Source: an uncultured Acidobacteriota bacterium
GTDB taxonomy: Bacteria; Acidobacteriota; Thermoanaerobaculia; Multivoradales; UBA5704
Assembly: GCA_963770895.1 (NCBI GenBank)
Contig: CAVYRF010000002.1
Span: 2,400,001-2,464,000, forward strand
Direction: 5' to 3'
Length of the DNA stretch: 64,000 bases
The notes under the pieces are model-generated. The model was not told where the DNA came from. It saw only the letters and a program-made list of their open reading frames with translations, and searched no databases. Both the position numbers and the translations under genes were made by a program. This document shows, piece after piece, positions 1 to 8,624 of the stretch (position 1 is the stretch's first letter; every line of letters begins with the position of its first letter).

Positions 1-247
1 CATGTCGCTGCGCGGGCTGCCGCCGGCCGGGGCCGGCAGGGTCTACCAGCTGTGGTTCATCGGCGACCAGGGGCCGGTCAGCGCCGGCACCTTCGGCGCC
101 CCCGCCGGGGCGGCGTGGGACGTCGGCGCCGAGCACATGCCGGCGGGCACCAAGGAAGTCCGCGTGACCCTGGAAGCCGGCGCCGGCGCGACCACCCCGG
201 CCGGCCCCGAGGTCCTGCGCAACTCCGATCCCTTCCGCACGCTGTAG
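1..247 (+). CDS. Anti-sigma factor, RskA (anti-sigma-K) family, C-terminal part; 5' truncated by window edge
   Basis: LPP...YQLW.I....PVSAGTF...VTLE..GAT.P.G pattern typical of the RskA C-terminal domain. Confidence 0.75.
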   Translation, partial: MSLRGLPPAGAGRVYQLWFIGDQGPVSAGTFGAPAGAAWDVGAEHMPAGTKEVRVTLEAGAGATTPAGPEVLRNSDPFRTL

Positions 248-254
248 CATCTCA

Positions 255-316
255 GCGGCCCTGGCGGCCCTGGCGGCCCTGGCAGCCCTGCGGCCCTGGC
301 AGCCCTGCGGCCCTAG
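255..316. repeat. Imperfect 8-9 bp tandem repeat (GC[G/A]GCCCTG) between convergent stop codons
   Basis: About 7 consecutive copies read directly: gcggccctg gcggccctg gcggccctg gcagccct gcggccctg gcagccct gcggccct. Confidence 0.8.
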
Positions 317-1128
317 CGGCGCGGTGGCCGGGTCGGGCGCATCTCCACCAGGCTGGGTAGCGCCCGCTCCGGGTAGCTCAGCAGGTGCAGCACCATTGCC
401 GCCACGTCCTGCGGCGCCAACATCCACGAGCGGTCGTCGCGGCGGGCGGAGTCCCCGAAGCCGGTGTCGACGCTGCCGGGCAGGATCGCCGCCACCTTGA
501 TCCCGGCCTGGCGCAGGTCCAGCATGGCGGCCTCCGACAGGCCGATGAGGCCGAACTTGCTGGCGTTGTAGGCGGCCCCGCCGGCCATCGCGTTCCTGCC
601 GGCCAGCGAACCGATGTTGAAGATCCAGCCGCCGCCCTGCCGGCGCATCGCCGGCGCCACCGCCTGGATGCAATAGAACGGGCCGCTCAAGTTGGTTTCG
701 ATCACCTCCTGCCACTGCTCGGCGGAGAGGGCGTCGACGGCGGCGAAGCGCCCCAGACCGGCGTTGTTGACCAGGCAGTCGACGCGGCCGGCGGCGGCGA
801 GCGACTCTTCGACGAAGCTCGCGACCTGCGCCTGCCGGCGCACGTCCACCGCCCGTCCGGTGACACTCGCGGCACCGAACCGGGCGCGCAGATCGGTTTC
901 GGCGCGGCTCACGGAATCGGCGCTCCTGCTGCAGAAAAACACCCGCCAGCCGCCGCTCAGCAGCGCTTCGACGACGGCCAGGCCGATGCCGCGGCTGCCG
1001 CCGGTGACCAGGGCGACCTGGGGGGCCGGCCGCTCGCCGGGCGCCGGTTTGGGTGAGGCGTCTGGGGAGGGGGCGCTGGCTGCGGCTGCTGCGGCCGCTG
1101 AATGCTGCGAAGCGTCGTCACTGGCCAT
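313..1128 (-). CDS. Short-chain dehydrogenase/reductase (SDR)
   Basis: TGGSRGIG Rossmann motif, NNAG, YNASK catalytic YxxxK. Confidence 0.92.
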   Translation of the reverse strand: MASDDASQHSAAAAAAASAPSPDASPKPAPGERPAPQVALVTGGSRGIGLAVVEALLSGGWRVFFCSRSADSVSRAETDLRARFGAASVTGRAVDVRRQAQVASFVEESLAAAGRVDCLVNNAGLGRFAAVDALSAEQWQEVIETNLSGPFYCIQAVAPAMRRQGGGWIFNIGSLAGRNAMAGGAAYNASKFGLIGLSEAAMLDLRQAGIKVAAILPGSVDTGFGDSARRDDRSWMLAPQDVAAMVLHLLSYPERALPSLVEMRPTRPPRR

Positions 1129-1248
1129 GCCTTAGTGTAGTGCCGTCCGCCGCGGGGACGCACGCGGCATCTCCTCCCGCTCCTCCCGCGCAGGCTGGCG
1201 CTGAAATGCCGCAGGGCGGCGTGCTGTTGTAGCGAGCAAGGAGGCGGT

Positions 1249-1959
1249 ATGCCGTACTTCGGCTTTTACAACTTCGGCTACCTGATCTTCATTCTGCCGG
1301 GCCTGGCGCTTTCGCTGTGGGCGACGTGGCGCACGCGCTCTGCGTTCAGTAAATATTCGCGCGTGCGCAGCGCACGCGGCTTGACCGGGGCGCAGGCGGC
1401 GCAGGCGCTGTTGCACGCCGCCGGCATCGCCGACGTCACCGTGGTGCCGGTCAGCGGCAACCTGACCGATCATTACAACCCCGCCAGCAAGCAGCTGGCG
1501 CTTTCCGAAGGTGTTTTCGGTTCGACTTCGATCGCCGCGGTCGGCGTCGCCTGTCACGAGGCGGGTCACGCGGTGCAGCACGCCCGCGCCTACCGGCCGC
1601 TGTGGCTGCGCTCGATGCTGGTGCCCACGGCCAACATCGGTTCGTCGCTCGGCTACATCGTGATGCTCGTCGGCCTGCTGCTGTTGCACTCGCCGCAGGT
1701 GGTGCTGCTGGGCGCGATCCTGTTTTCGGCGGTGCTGGTGTTCCAGGTGGTCACCCTGCCGGTCGAATTCGACGCTTCCGCCCGCGCCAAGCGCTTGGCG
1801 GTCGACAACGGCATCGTGATGCCACAGGAGCGGCAAGGGATGGACCGCGTGCTCAACGCCGCGGCCCTCACCTACGTCGCCGCGGTGGTGTCGACGCTGC
1901 TGACCCTGGTTTACTACCTGCTGGAAGCGGGCCTGCTGGGCGGCCGCCGGCGCGGCTGA
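1249..1959 (+). CDS. Membrane zinc metallopeptidase (YugP / Zn_peptidase_2 family)
   Basis: L.DHYNP, HEAGHA.QH (HExxH), TLPVEFDAS.RA, L.AAALTYVA; SD AGGAGG upstream. Confidence 0.9.
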   Translation: MPYFGFYNFGYLIFILPGLALSLWATWRTRSAFSKYSRVRSARGLTGAQAAQALLHAAGIADVTVVPVSGNLTDHYNPASKQLALSEGVFGSTSIAAVGVACHEAGHAVQHARAYRPLWLRSMLVPTANIGSSLGYIVMLVGLLLLHSPQVVLLGAILFSAVLVFQVVTLPVEFDASARAKRLAVDNGIVMPQERQGMDRVLNAAALTYVAAVVSTLLTLVYYLLEAGLLGGRRRG

Positions 1960-1963
1960 GCCG

Positions 1964-2136
1964 GCTTTCGCCGGCCCCAGCTGCGGCCTCGCCGCCTCAG
2001 CTTTCGCCGGCCCAGTTGCGGCCTCGCCGCCTCAGCTTTCGCCGGCCCAGTTGCGGCCTCGCCGCCTCAGCTTTCGCCGCACCGCCCTGGCTCTCGCCGC
2101 CGGCGCCGCACCGCCCTGGCTCTCGCCGCCGGCGCC
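1964..2136. repeat. Intergenic VNTR: about 3.3 x 35-bp unit followed by 2 x 29-bp unit
   Basis: GCTTTCGCCGGCCCAGTTGCGGCCTCGCCGCCTCA starts at 1964 (36-bp variant), 2000, 2035 and 2070 (partial); GCCGCACCGCCCTGGCTCTCGCCGCCGGC at 2076 and 2105. Confidence 0.9.
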
Positions 2137-2220
2137 ACTCCCCGCCGGCCTTGCCGCAGCCTGCCGGCGGCGGTTTCGTCTTTCCAGTGCCCTAGTACCC
2201 TTCCTGGCCGCCCCCCTGCC

Positions 2221-3585
2221 CTAATGCGACGCCGGGGTGCCGAGGAGGCCGCTGATCTCTTTTTGCCGGCTTTCCAGCTGCTCGGGGGTTTTTGCCTCCA
2301 CCACCAGCCGCAGGAAGGGTTCGGTGTTGGAGGGGCGGACGTTGGCCCACCAGTCGGTATAGCTGATCGTGATGCCGTCCAGGTAGTCGATCTGGGCGTC
2401 GGCGTAGCGCGTCGCCAGCATCGCGATCTTGCCCTGCTTGTCGTCCACGACGAAGTTGATCTCAGGGCTCTTGCTGTAGCGCCTGAGCGGCGCCACCAGG
2501 TGTGACAGCGGCGCGCCGGACTGCCGCACCAGGTTGAGCACCTCGACCATCGCCAGCACCGCGCAGTCGGCGTAGTAATGGTCGCGGAAGTAGTAGTGGC
2601 CGGCAAGCTCGCCGCCGAAGATGCCGTCGCGCTGGCGCAGGGTGGCCTTCATGAACGAATGGCCGACGCGATCGCGCACCGGTATGCCGCCGTGCTCCGT
2701 GATGTATTCGGCGACGGCGCGCGACGACCGCAGGTCGTAGACGATCGCCTTGCCCGGTTCGCGCGCCAGCAGCTCGCCGGCGATCAAGCCGGTCATCAGG
2801 TCGTTGCTGACCACGTTCCCCTGCTCGTCGATGAATCCGACCCGGTCGGCGTCGCCGTCGAAGGCGGCGCCAAAGTCGGCGCCGGTCTGGCGCACCTTCC
2901 GCATGAGGTCGTGCAGGTTTTTTTCCTCCAGCGGGTTGGGCTCGTGATTGGGAAAGTTGCCGTCGAGCTCGAAATACAGGGGAATGAGCTCGATGCCCAT
3001 GGCTTCCAGGATCGGCCGATCGATGGTGACCATACCGTTGGCGGCGTCCACCACGACTTTCAACCGGCGGCTGCCCGCCGCGGGCGCCTGCAGAAACGAC
3101 AGGCAGTGGGTGCGGTAGGCGTCGGTGACGTCGCCGTGACGGACCGTGCCGGGCGTTTCGGCGATGGGCAGGTCGCCTTGGGCGATCTTGCTTTCCATCA
3201 GCGCGATGCCGTGATCGCCGGACACCGGGCGAGCGCCGTGGCGGCTCAGCTTGAAGCCGTTGTACTGCGCCGGGTTGTGGCTGGCGGTGACCTGGATGCC
3301 GCCGGCGGCGCCGGTGTGGCCGATGGCGAAGTAGTTCATCGGCGTCGAGGCCAGGCCGATATCGATCACGTCGAAGCCGGCGGCGGTGATGCCGTCGATC
3401 AAGGCGGTGGCCAGCACCGGGCTGCTGTTGCGCATGTCGCGGCTGACCACGACGCTCTTGCCGTGCTTGCGGTCTGCGTCGTCCAGGACGTGTTGAAAAG
3501 CCAGGCCGATCTGCCGCGCGATGGGCGCCGACAGCTCGGTCGGGTAGATGCCGCGGATGTCGTAAGCTTTGTAAATACCTGACAT
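2221..3585 (-). CDS. Phosphomannomutase/phosphoglucomutase
   Basis: KAYDIRG N-terminus, TASHNP phosphoserine loop, FDGDADR metal loop, GELAGH, VRPSNTEP; start moved to ATG at 3585. Confidence 0.93.
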   Translation of the reverse strand: MSGIYKAYDIRGIYPTELSAPIARQIGLAFQHVLDDADRKHGKSVVVSRDMRNSSPVLATALIDGITAAGFDVIDIGLASTPMNYFAIGHTGAAGGIQVTASHNPAQYNGFKLSRHGARPVSGDHGIALMESKIAQGDLPIAETPGTVRHGDVTDAYRTHCLSFLQAPAAGSRRLKVVVDAANGMVTIDRPILEAMGIELIPLYFELDGNFPNHEPNPLEEKNLHDLMRKVRQTGADFGAAFDGDADRVGFIDEQGNVVSNDLMTGLIAGELLAREPGKAIVYDLRSSRAVAEYITEHGGIPVRDRVGHSFMKATLRQRDGIFGGELAGHYYFRDHYYADCAVLAMVEVLNLVRQSGAPLSHLVAPLRRYSKSPEINFVVDDKQGKIAMLATRYADAQIDYLDGITISYTDWWANVRPSNTEPFLRLVVEAKTPEQLESRQKEISGLLGTPASH

Positions 3586-3643
3586 GGCTGCGTTTGTCTC
3601 CCTCAGGTCGGCCGGGACAGGGGTCTCGGCGTGCCGCGGCGAT

Positions 3644-4618
3644 TCAGGCCGGCAGCCCGAGCAGGAAGCTGCCCAGGGCTTGGCTGAACGCCAGCGGTTG
3701 CTCGGCGTGCGGCAGCCCGCGACTTCCGGCGAAGTATTCGATGTGCGACCCTGCCGGCAGCAGAGCCAGCTGGTCGGCAAGCCGCTGTGCCGACGGCGCC
3801 GCGCCGCCCCAGGCGATCCACGCCGGCACGGTGAGCCCCGCGAGGTCGGCTTCTGGCTGCAGATCGCCGCGCCAGTAGGCGGCAAGGGCCCGGCGGTGGG
3901 CTGCCAGGTGGCTGAGCCGGTAGTGGTGCTCGATCAGCGCCGCGTCCACCCGCTCCGGCGCGGCAAAGGCGCGGCGCCGCAGGTAGCGGCCCAGCGCGGC
4001 GCGGCTGGTCATCGCATCGAGCACCGGATCGCGCAGCAGCGGCACCCGCAGCAGCGGCTCCAGGGCGCGGGCGACGGTGCGGCCGCTGCCCTGGCCGGCG
4101 AGCGGCAGGCCGAGCGGCGCGACCAGCGCCAGCGCCCGCACGCGGCCGGGATGCTCGGCGGCGAGGCGCACCGCATAGGCCGCGGCGAGGCCCGCCGCGA
4201 TCAGCACCGCCCGTTCGCGCACGACCCCCTGCAGGAACTCGGCGAGCGCCGCCAGGTAGAGGCTGGGCCGGGGCTCGCCGGGAGCCGAGCGGCCCCAGCC
4301 CGGCAGATCGGGGGCGAAGACGTGGAAGTGTGGCGCCAGCGCTTCGGCGGCGCCGCGCCACTGCTCGCAGTCGAAGCCGGGCCCGAAGCCGTGCAGCATC
4401 ACCACCGCCGGACCGCTGCCCAGCTCGCGGAACACCAGCGGGCCGACGTGGCCGGCAAAGCGATGCGTGCGGCCCCAGCGCGGCGCCTCGGGAGCGCGCA
4501 GGCGGCGGCGGATCAGCATGTGCGCGACGATGGGCGCGGCGATCAGCCCTCCCGCCAGGGCAAGGCCGCCGAGGCGCCGCGAGCGGCGCGAACGTGCGGG
4601 GTGGGCTGTGGGTTTCAT
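3644..4618 (-). CDS. Alpha/beta-hydrolase fold protein with N-terminal membrane anchor; nucleophile elbow degenerate
   Basis: VMLHGFG, APDLPGWGRS, C-terminal GLPHAEQP; elbow reads AAGLAA rather than GxSxG. Confidence 0.85.
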   Translation of the reverse strand: MKPTAHPARSRRSRRLGGLALAGGLIAAPIVAHMLIRRRLRAPEAPRWGRTHRFAGHVGPLVFRELGSGPAVVMLHGFGPGFDCEQWRGAAEALAPHFHVFAPDLPGWGRSAPGEPRPSLYLAALAEFLQGVVRERAVLIAAGLAAAYAVRLAAEHPGRVRALALVAPLGLPLAGQGSGRTVARALEPLLRVPLLRDPVLDAMTSRAALGRYLRRRAFAAPERVDAALIEHHYRLSHLAAHRRALAAYWRGDLQPEADLAGLTVPAWIAWGGAAPSAQRLADQLALLPAGSHIEYFAGSRGLPHAEQPLAFSQALGSFLLGLPA

Positions 4619-4757
4619 GGCGCCAACGATACCAGACCGATCGGACCGCCGGGGGCGCCGGAGCGGCTGGGGAGCAGCGGCGCGGCGGCCGGGCGCGGGC
4701 CGGGCGCGGAGGGGGAAGCGCGCGTTATACTGCCGTTGTTTGGCAGGATTGCCCGCC

Positions 4758-5474
4758 ATGCCCGTGCTCCCCATCGTCCGCCTCGGTCACCCCGCCCTGC
4801 GCACCGTCGGGCAGCCGTTGGCGCCCGACCTGCTGCGCGATCCGCACATCCAGCAGCTGATCGACGACATGGTGGAAACCATGCGCAGTGCCCACGGCAT
4901 CGGCCTGGCAGCGCCGCAGGTGGGTGTCGCGCTGCAGCTCTTCGTCTACGGCCAGGTCGACGGCGACAGCACGCGCGAGCCGGCCATCCCGCTGCGCGTC
5001 GTGGTCAACCCGATGCTCACGCCGCAGGGTGGCGAGCTGATCTACGACTGGGAAGGGTGCCTGTCCATTCCCGACCTGCGCGGCCTGGTGCCGCGCCATC
5101 CGGCGGTGCGCGTGCGCTGCCTGGACCGCGACGGCCAGCCTCTCGATTATCTTGCGGCGGACTTCGAAGCGCGGGTCGTGCAGCACGAGTTCGACCACCT
5201 CAACGGCGTCGTGTTTCTGGACCGCATGCGGGACTTCAAATCGCTCGCCTACCTCGACGAATGGGAGCAGTATCTGGCGGGCCACGACCAAGCCGCAGCG
5301 GCCGACCCATCCCAGCCAGCCGATCCGTCCGCTAAGGCCGATCCGGTCGGCGCGTCGCCGGCACCGGCGACACCTGCCGCCGCGGGCGATGCACGCCAGC
5401 AAGGCGATGCCGGGCATGGCGGCAACGACGGCGCCGGGCGCCGCGAAGCGCCGCCAGATCCCGTCAACCACTAG
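4758..5474 (+). CDS. def: Peptide deformylase
   Basis: GIGLAAPQVG, EGCLS, QHEFDHLNG signature motifs; low-complexity C-terminal tail. Confidence 0.95.
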   Translation: MPVLPIVRLGHPALRTVGQPLAPDLLRDPHIQQLIDDMVETMRSAHGIGLAAPQVGVALQLFVYGQVDGDSTREPAIPLRVVVNPMLTPQGGELIYDWEGCLSIPDLRGLVPRHPAVRVRCLDRDGQPLDYLAADFEARVVQHEFDHLNGVVFLDRMRDFKSLAYLDEWEQYLAGHDQAAAADPSQPADPSAKADPVGASPAPATPAAAGDARQQGDAGHGGNDGAGRREAPPDPVNH

Positions 5475-5492
5475 GCGTAGGCGCCGCCGCCA

Positions 5493-5990
5493 GTGCCGCG
5501 AGGGCTCAAAGGCTCGGGCCGCGAGCTGGCGGTGGTTTGGGCCGGGCGCCACCAGCGATCCAACTGGGAAGAGCTATGCGCATCGTATCGGCAGCGGATC
5601 GAGCGCCTGGCCGTGGTGCGCGACGTGCCGGTGCGCGCCCGCGTCGCGCCTGACGATCCCCAGCGCCGGAACGCCGAGATGCTGGCGCTGCTCGAAGCGG
5701 TGCCGCCGTCCTCGTACTGCGTCGCGCTCGACAGTCGCGGCGAGGCGCTGGCGTCCAGTGCCCTTGCCGGGCGCTTGAACCGCCTCCGTGGCGAATGGCC
5801 GCACCCCATCGCCTTTCTGATCGGCTCCGACCTGGGCCTGCACCCCGAGCTGGTGGCGCAGGCGCGATGGGTGCTTTCGTTCGGGCCGATGACGCTGTCT
5901 CACGAGTTGGCACGGGTCGTGCTGTACGAGCAGCTCTACCGCGCGCTCTCTATCGAGGCCGGAATGAGCTATCATCGCGAGCCGCCATAA
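5493..5990 (+). CDS. rlmH: 23S rRNA (pseudouridine1915-N3)-methyltransferase
   Basis: LD.RG, F.IG...GL, LSFG.MTL.H.LAR..LYEQLYRA....G..YHR SPOUT signature. Confidence 0.9.
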   Translation: MPRGLKGSGRELAVVWAGRHQRSNWEELCASYRQRIERLAVVRDVPVRARVAPDDPQRRNAEMLALLEAVPPSSYCVALDSRGEALASSALAGRLNRLRGEWPHPIAFLIGSDLGLHPELVAQARWVLSFGPMTLSHELARVVLYEQLYRALSIEAGMSYHREPP

Positions 5991-6040
5991 GCCAGTTCTT
6001 GTGGAAGCGGGCAGGTTCGAGCTGAAAGGAGACAGCCAGC

Positions 6041-6448
6041 GTGGCCAGGAAACAGACCGCCAAACCGGCTCCTGAGGTGGGCAACGAGCGCTTCGACGCC
6101 TTGCGGGAGCGCCTTTTGCAGCAGAAGCAAGAGATCCTGGACATGTACAACCAGGATCTGAAAGCTGGCCAGGAATCCGCCGATGACGGTACCGACGACC
6201 TGGTGGATCGCGCCAACGCCGCGTACAACCGGGAGCTGATGTTCTCCCTTTCCGATAGCGAGCGGACGATGCTGCTGCAGATCGAGGAGGCCCTGCACCG
6301 CATGCGCGAAAGCGCGTACGGCCGCTGCGCCAACTGCGGCCAGACGATCGCGCCGCTACGGCTGGAGGCGGTGCCGTGGGCGCGTTTCTGCATCGACTGC
6401 CAGGAGCTGGCTGAAAAGGGCATGCTCAACGAAGTGGACCTGGGATAG
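6041..6448 (+). CDS. dksA: DksA/TraR family RNA polymerase-binding factor
   Basis: Coiled coil with DLVDRA (DxxDxA) tip; YG.CANCG..I...RLEAVP....CIDC zinc finger; GTG start with AAAGGAG SD. Confidence 0.85.
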   Translation: MARKQTAKPAPEVGNERFDALRERLLQQKQEILDMYNQDLKAGQESADDGTDDLVDRANAAYNRELMFSLSDSERTMLLQIEEALHRMRESAYGRCANCGQTIAPLRLEAVPWARFCIDCQELAEKGMLNEVDLG

Positions 6449-6609
6449 CTCCCGGCGCCCGCCCGCGAGCCCGCGCCGGCCGCCGGCAGCCGGCATTGGC
6501 GCCACCGCCTGCCTTGTCGGCACCGCCGGTATCCGTGCGACACCGGCGGCGCCAGCAATGAAATGAGCACGGTGCGAAGGCGGGTTTTCCCGCACGGCGA
6601 CCAGGGCGT

Positions 6610-8232
6610 ATGACCGACCCCGTTCAACAGCTGCTCGCTGCGTCGCGGCAGGCCGCCGCGCCGCAGATCTTCCTGGTGCGTGGCGACCTGGTGGTGGCCG
6701 AGCCGGTCGCGGCGCGCTTCGCCACGGCCCTGGCCGCGGAGCACGGCGGCCAGGTGGAATCGCATCGCCGTCCCGCCTCGCTGGCCCCGCTTCTGCACGA
6801 CCTGCGCACCTTTTCGCTGTTCGCCTCCGCCAAGGTGATCCTTGCCGTCGATACTTCGCTCTTTGCCGATCGCGCCGCCGCCGCCGACCTGATCGACGAC
6901 GCGGAAGAGGCGCTCCCCGCGGCGGGCGGGCGCGGCGACGCGGGCGGGGATGGGGGAGCGGTGGCGGGGGCCGCGGGGCGGCGCCGGAGCGGTGGCACGG
7001 CCGCCGCCATGGCTGCCTCGCCCGGCGAAGAAGGCGAGGCGCGTCCAAAGATGGGAGCGCGCGAGCGGCTGGCCGCGTCGCGCCTGCTGCAAGTGCTGCG
7101 GCTGTTTGAGATTCCCATCGGCAGCGCGCCGGCGGCAGACGTCGTGGACCAGCTGCCGGCCTGGGTCCTCGAAGGTGGCGCCGCGAGCCGCCGCGCCAGG
7201 GGTGGCCGCGGGCGCGGCAAGCGCCAGGTGGAGGACCTGCGGACCGGCCTGACCGCGCTCTTCGAGCGCGCGCGCGCCGAGGGCGTCGAGGCGGGGGTGG
7301 AAGGCGACCTGTCAGACCTCTCCGCGGCGATCACCGGCGGGCTTCCGGCAGGGCACGCGCTGGTCTTCGCCGAGCGCCAGGTGGCTGCCGAGCATCCGCT
7401 GGTGCGCCTGCTGCAAGAGCGCGGCGCGGTGGCGGCGGTCGGTGAGGTGGAATCCACCCGCGGCGCAGCCTGGCAGGGAGTCGAGCACCTGGTCACCGAG
7501 CTGGCCGAGGAGACCGGCGTCGGCATCACCGGCGAAGCGTTGGCCGAGCTGGCCCGGCGGACCCTGCGCAAGGCCGGAGACCCGCGGCGCGGCGGCGGCG
7601 ATGCGGCGCAGGGCTCGGCGACCGGCGATTCCACGGCTCGCCTTGCCGCGGAATACCGCAAGCTCGCCAACCTGACCCGCGCCGGGGGCCAACCGGGCGC
7701 ACGGATCGAGCGCGGCATGGTCCAGCAAGAGGTGGAAGACCGCGGCGAAGAGGACGTCTGGAAGCTGCTGGACGCGATCGGCGCCGGCCACGGCGGCGAA
7801 GCGATGGATCGGTTCCGGCGTCTGCTGGCTTCCGCCGACGATCCCATGGCAGCCCGGCTGTCGCTGTTCGCCCTGCTCGCAACCTTCTGCCGGCGCCTGA
7901 CCGCGATCCGGGGCATGATGCGCGTGGCGCGGGTTCCAGCCGGCGAAGCCAACTACGGCCGCTTCGCCGCGCGTCTGGCTCCCGCCCTCCAGGGAGACCT
8001 CGCGGGCGGCAAGAACCCCCTCGCCGGCGTCAACGCCTACGCCCTCCACCGCGCCTACCTCGCCGCCGGCCGCATCCCCGAAGCCGTCGCCGCCCGCCTG
8101 CCCTGGGAAGTCCTGGAAACCGAGCTGCGCATCAAAGGCGACAGCGCCGAAGCCGACACCGCCTTCGCCCGCCTGATCCTTCGCCTGAGCACCGCCATCA
8201 GTACCCAGCCCGCCCGGCCAGGCAGGCGCTAA
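6610..8232 (+). CDS. holA: DNA polymerase III delta subunit-like protein with a large internal insertion
   Basis: T.SLF...KVI in N-domain; I..EAL..L...L.AEY.KL...I....V.......DVW.L.DAI..G....A helical region; C-terminal LETELRIKG. Confidence 0.7.
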   Translation: MTDPVQQLLAASRQAAAPQIFLVRGDLVVAEPVAARFATALAAEHGGQVESHRRPASLAPLLHDLRTFSLFASAKVILAVDTSLFADRAAAADLIDDAEEALPAAGGRGDAGGDGGAVAGAAGRRRSGGTAAAMAASPGEEGEARPKMGARERLAASRLLQVLRLFEIPIGSAPAADVVDQLPAWVLEGGAASRRARGGRGRGKRQVEDLRTGLTALFERARAEGVEAGVEGDLSDLSAAITGGLPAGHALVFAERQVAAEHPLVRLLQERGAVAAVGEVESTRGAAWQGVEHLVTELAEETGVGITGEALAELARRTLRKAGDPRRGGGDAAQGSATGDSTARLAAEYRKLANLTRAGGQPGARIERGMVQQEVEDRGEEDVWKLLDAIGAGHGGEAMDRFRRLLASADDPMAARLSLFALLATFCRRLTAIRGMMRVARVPAGEANYGRFAARLAPALQGDLAGGKNPLAGVNAYALHRAYLAAGRIPEAVAARLPWEVLETELRIKGDSAEADTAFARLILRLSTAISTQPARPGRR

Positions 8233-8490
8233 GACCAGCCGCCCGTCAAGGCGCCGGCGCCGCGGGCCCGGCAGAGATCGGCCTGCCTGTCGATCCGCTT
8301 GAACGCCGCCGCCAGTTGCGGCCCTGCCCGGCCAGGAAAGCGCCAATGATGCGGTCTATCGAGGCGCCGGCGCCGCGGTCCGAGAGGGCTTCGCCCGTGT
8401 GCCGATCCGCCCGAGCACCGCCCGCCGGTTCCGAGCCTGCCCGTCCAGGAAAGTGCGCCTGACCGAGCCACTCGTCAAGGCGCCGGTGCT
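8161..8490. repeat. Three degenerate direct repeats (~114-bp period), the first overlapping the holA 3' end
   Basis: GCCCG[G/T]CCAGG at 8212, 8326, 8439; AGGCGCCGG at 8249, 8362, 8478. Confidence 0.75.
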
Positions 8491-8588
8491 GCTGACGCGC
8501 AGCACATTCACTCCCCGGTTGAAGAGGGCCAGGGTTGGGCGGGCTTGACAGATCGGCGCGAATCGGGCGTAATTGTGCCTCCTCCCTA

Positions 8589-8624
8589 TTGACATTTCCG
8601 GCCGGATAGCGAAAATAAGGCGTA
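8589..8624 (+). promoter_or_regulatory. Sigma70-type promoter overlapped by a GCGAA-N-GGCG[T/A]A direct repeat (possible LexA/SOS box)
   Basis: TTGACA at 8589-8594, weak -10 GAAAAT at 8611-8616, GCGAAAATAAGGCGTA at 8609-8624 abutting ATG 8625. Confidence 0.5.

Noticed and set aside
1964-2136. 35-bp repeats as a CRISPR array
   Set aside because: Units are directly adjacent with no unique spacers, and no cas genes are in the window
8161-8490. ~114-bp repeats as CRISPR, or the small ORFs on them (8229-8471, 8356-8640) as genes
   Set aside because: Similarity spans the whole unit with no repeat-spacer alternation; the ORFs have no recognisable motif or start signals
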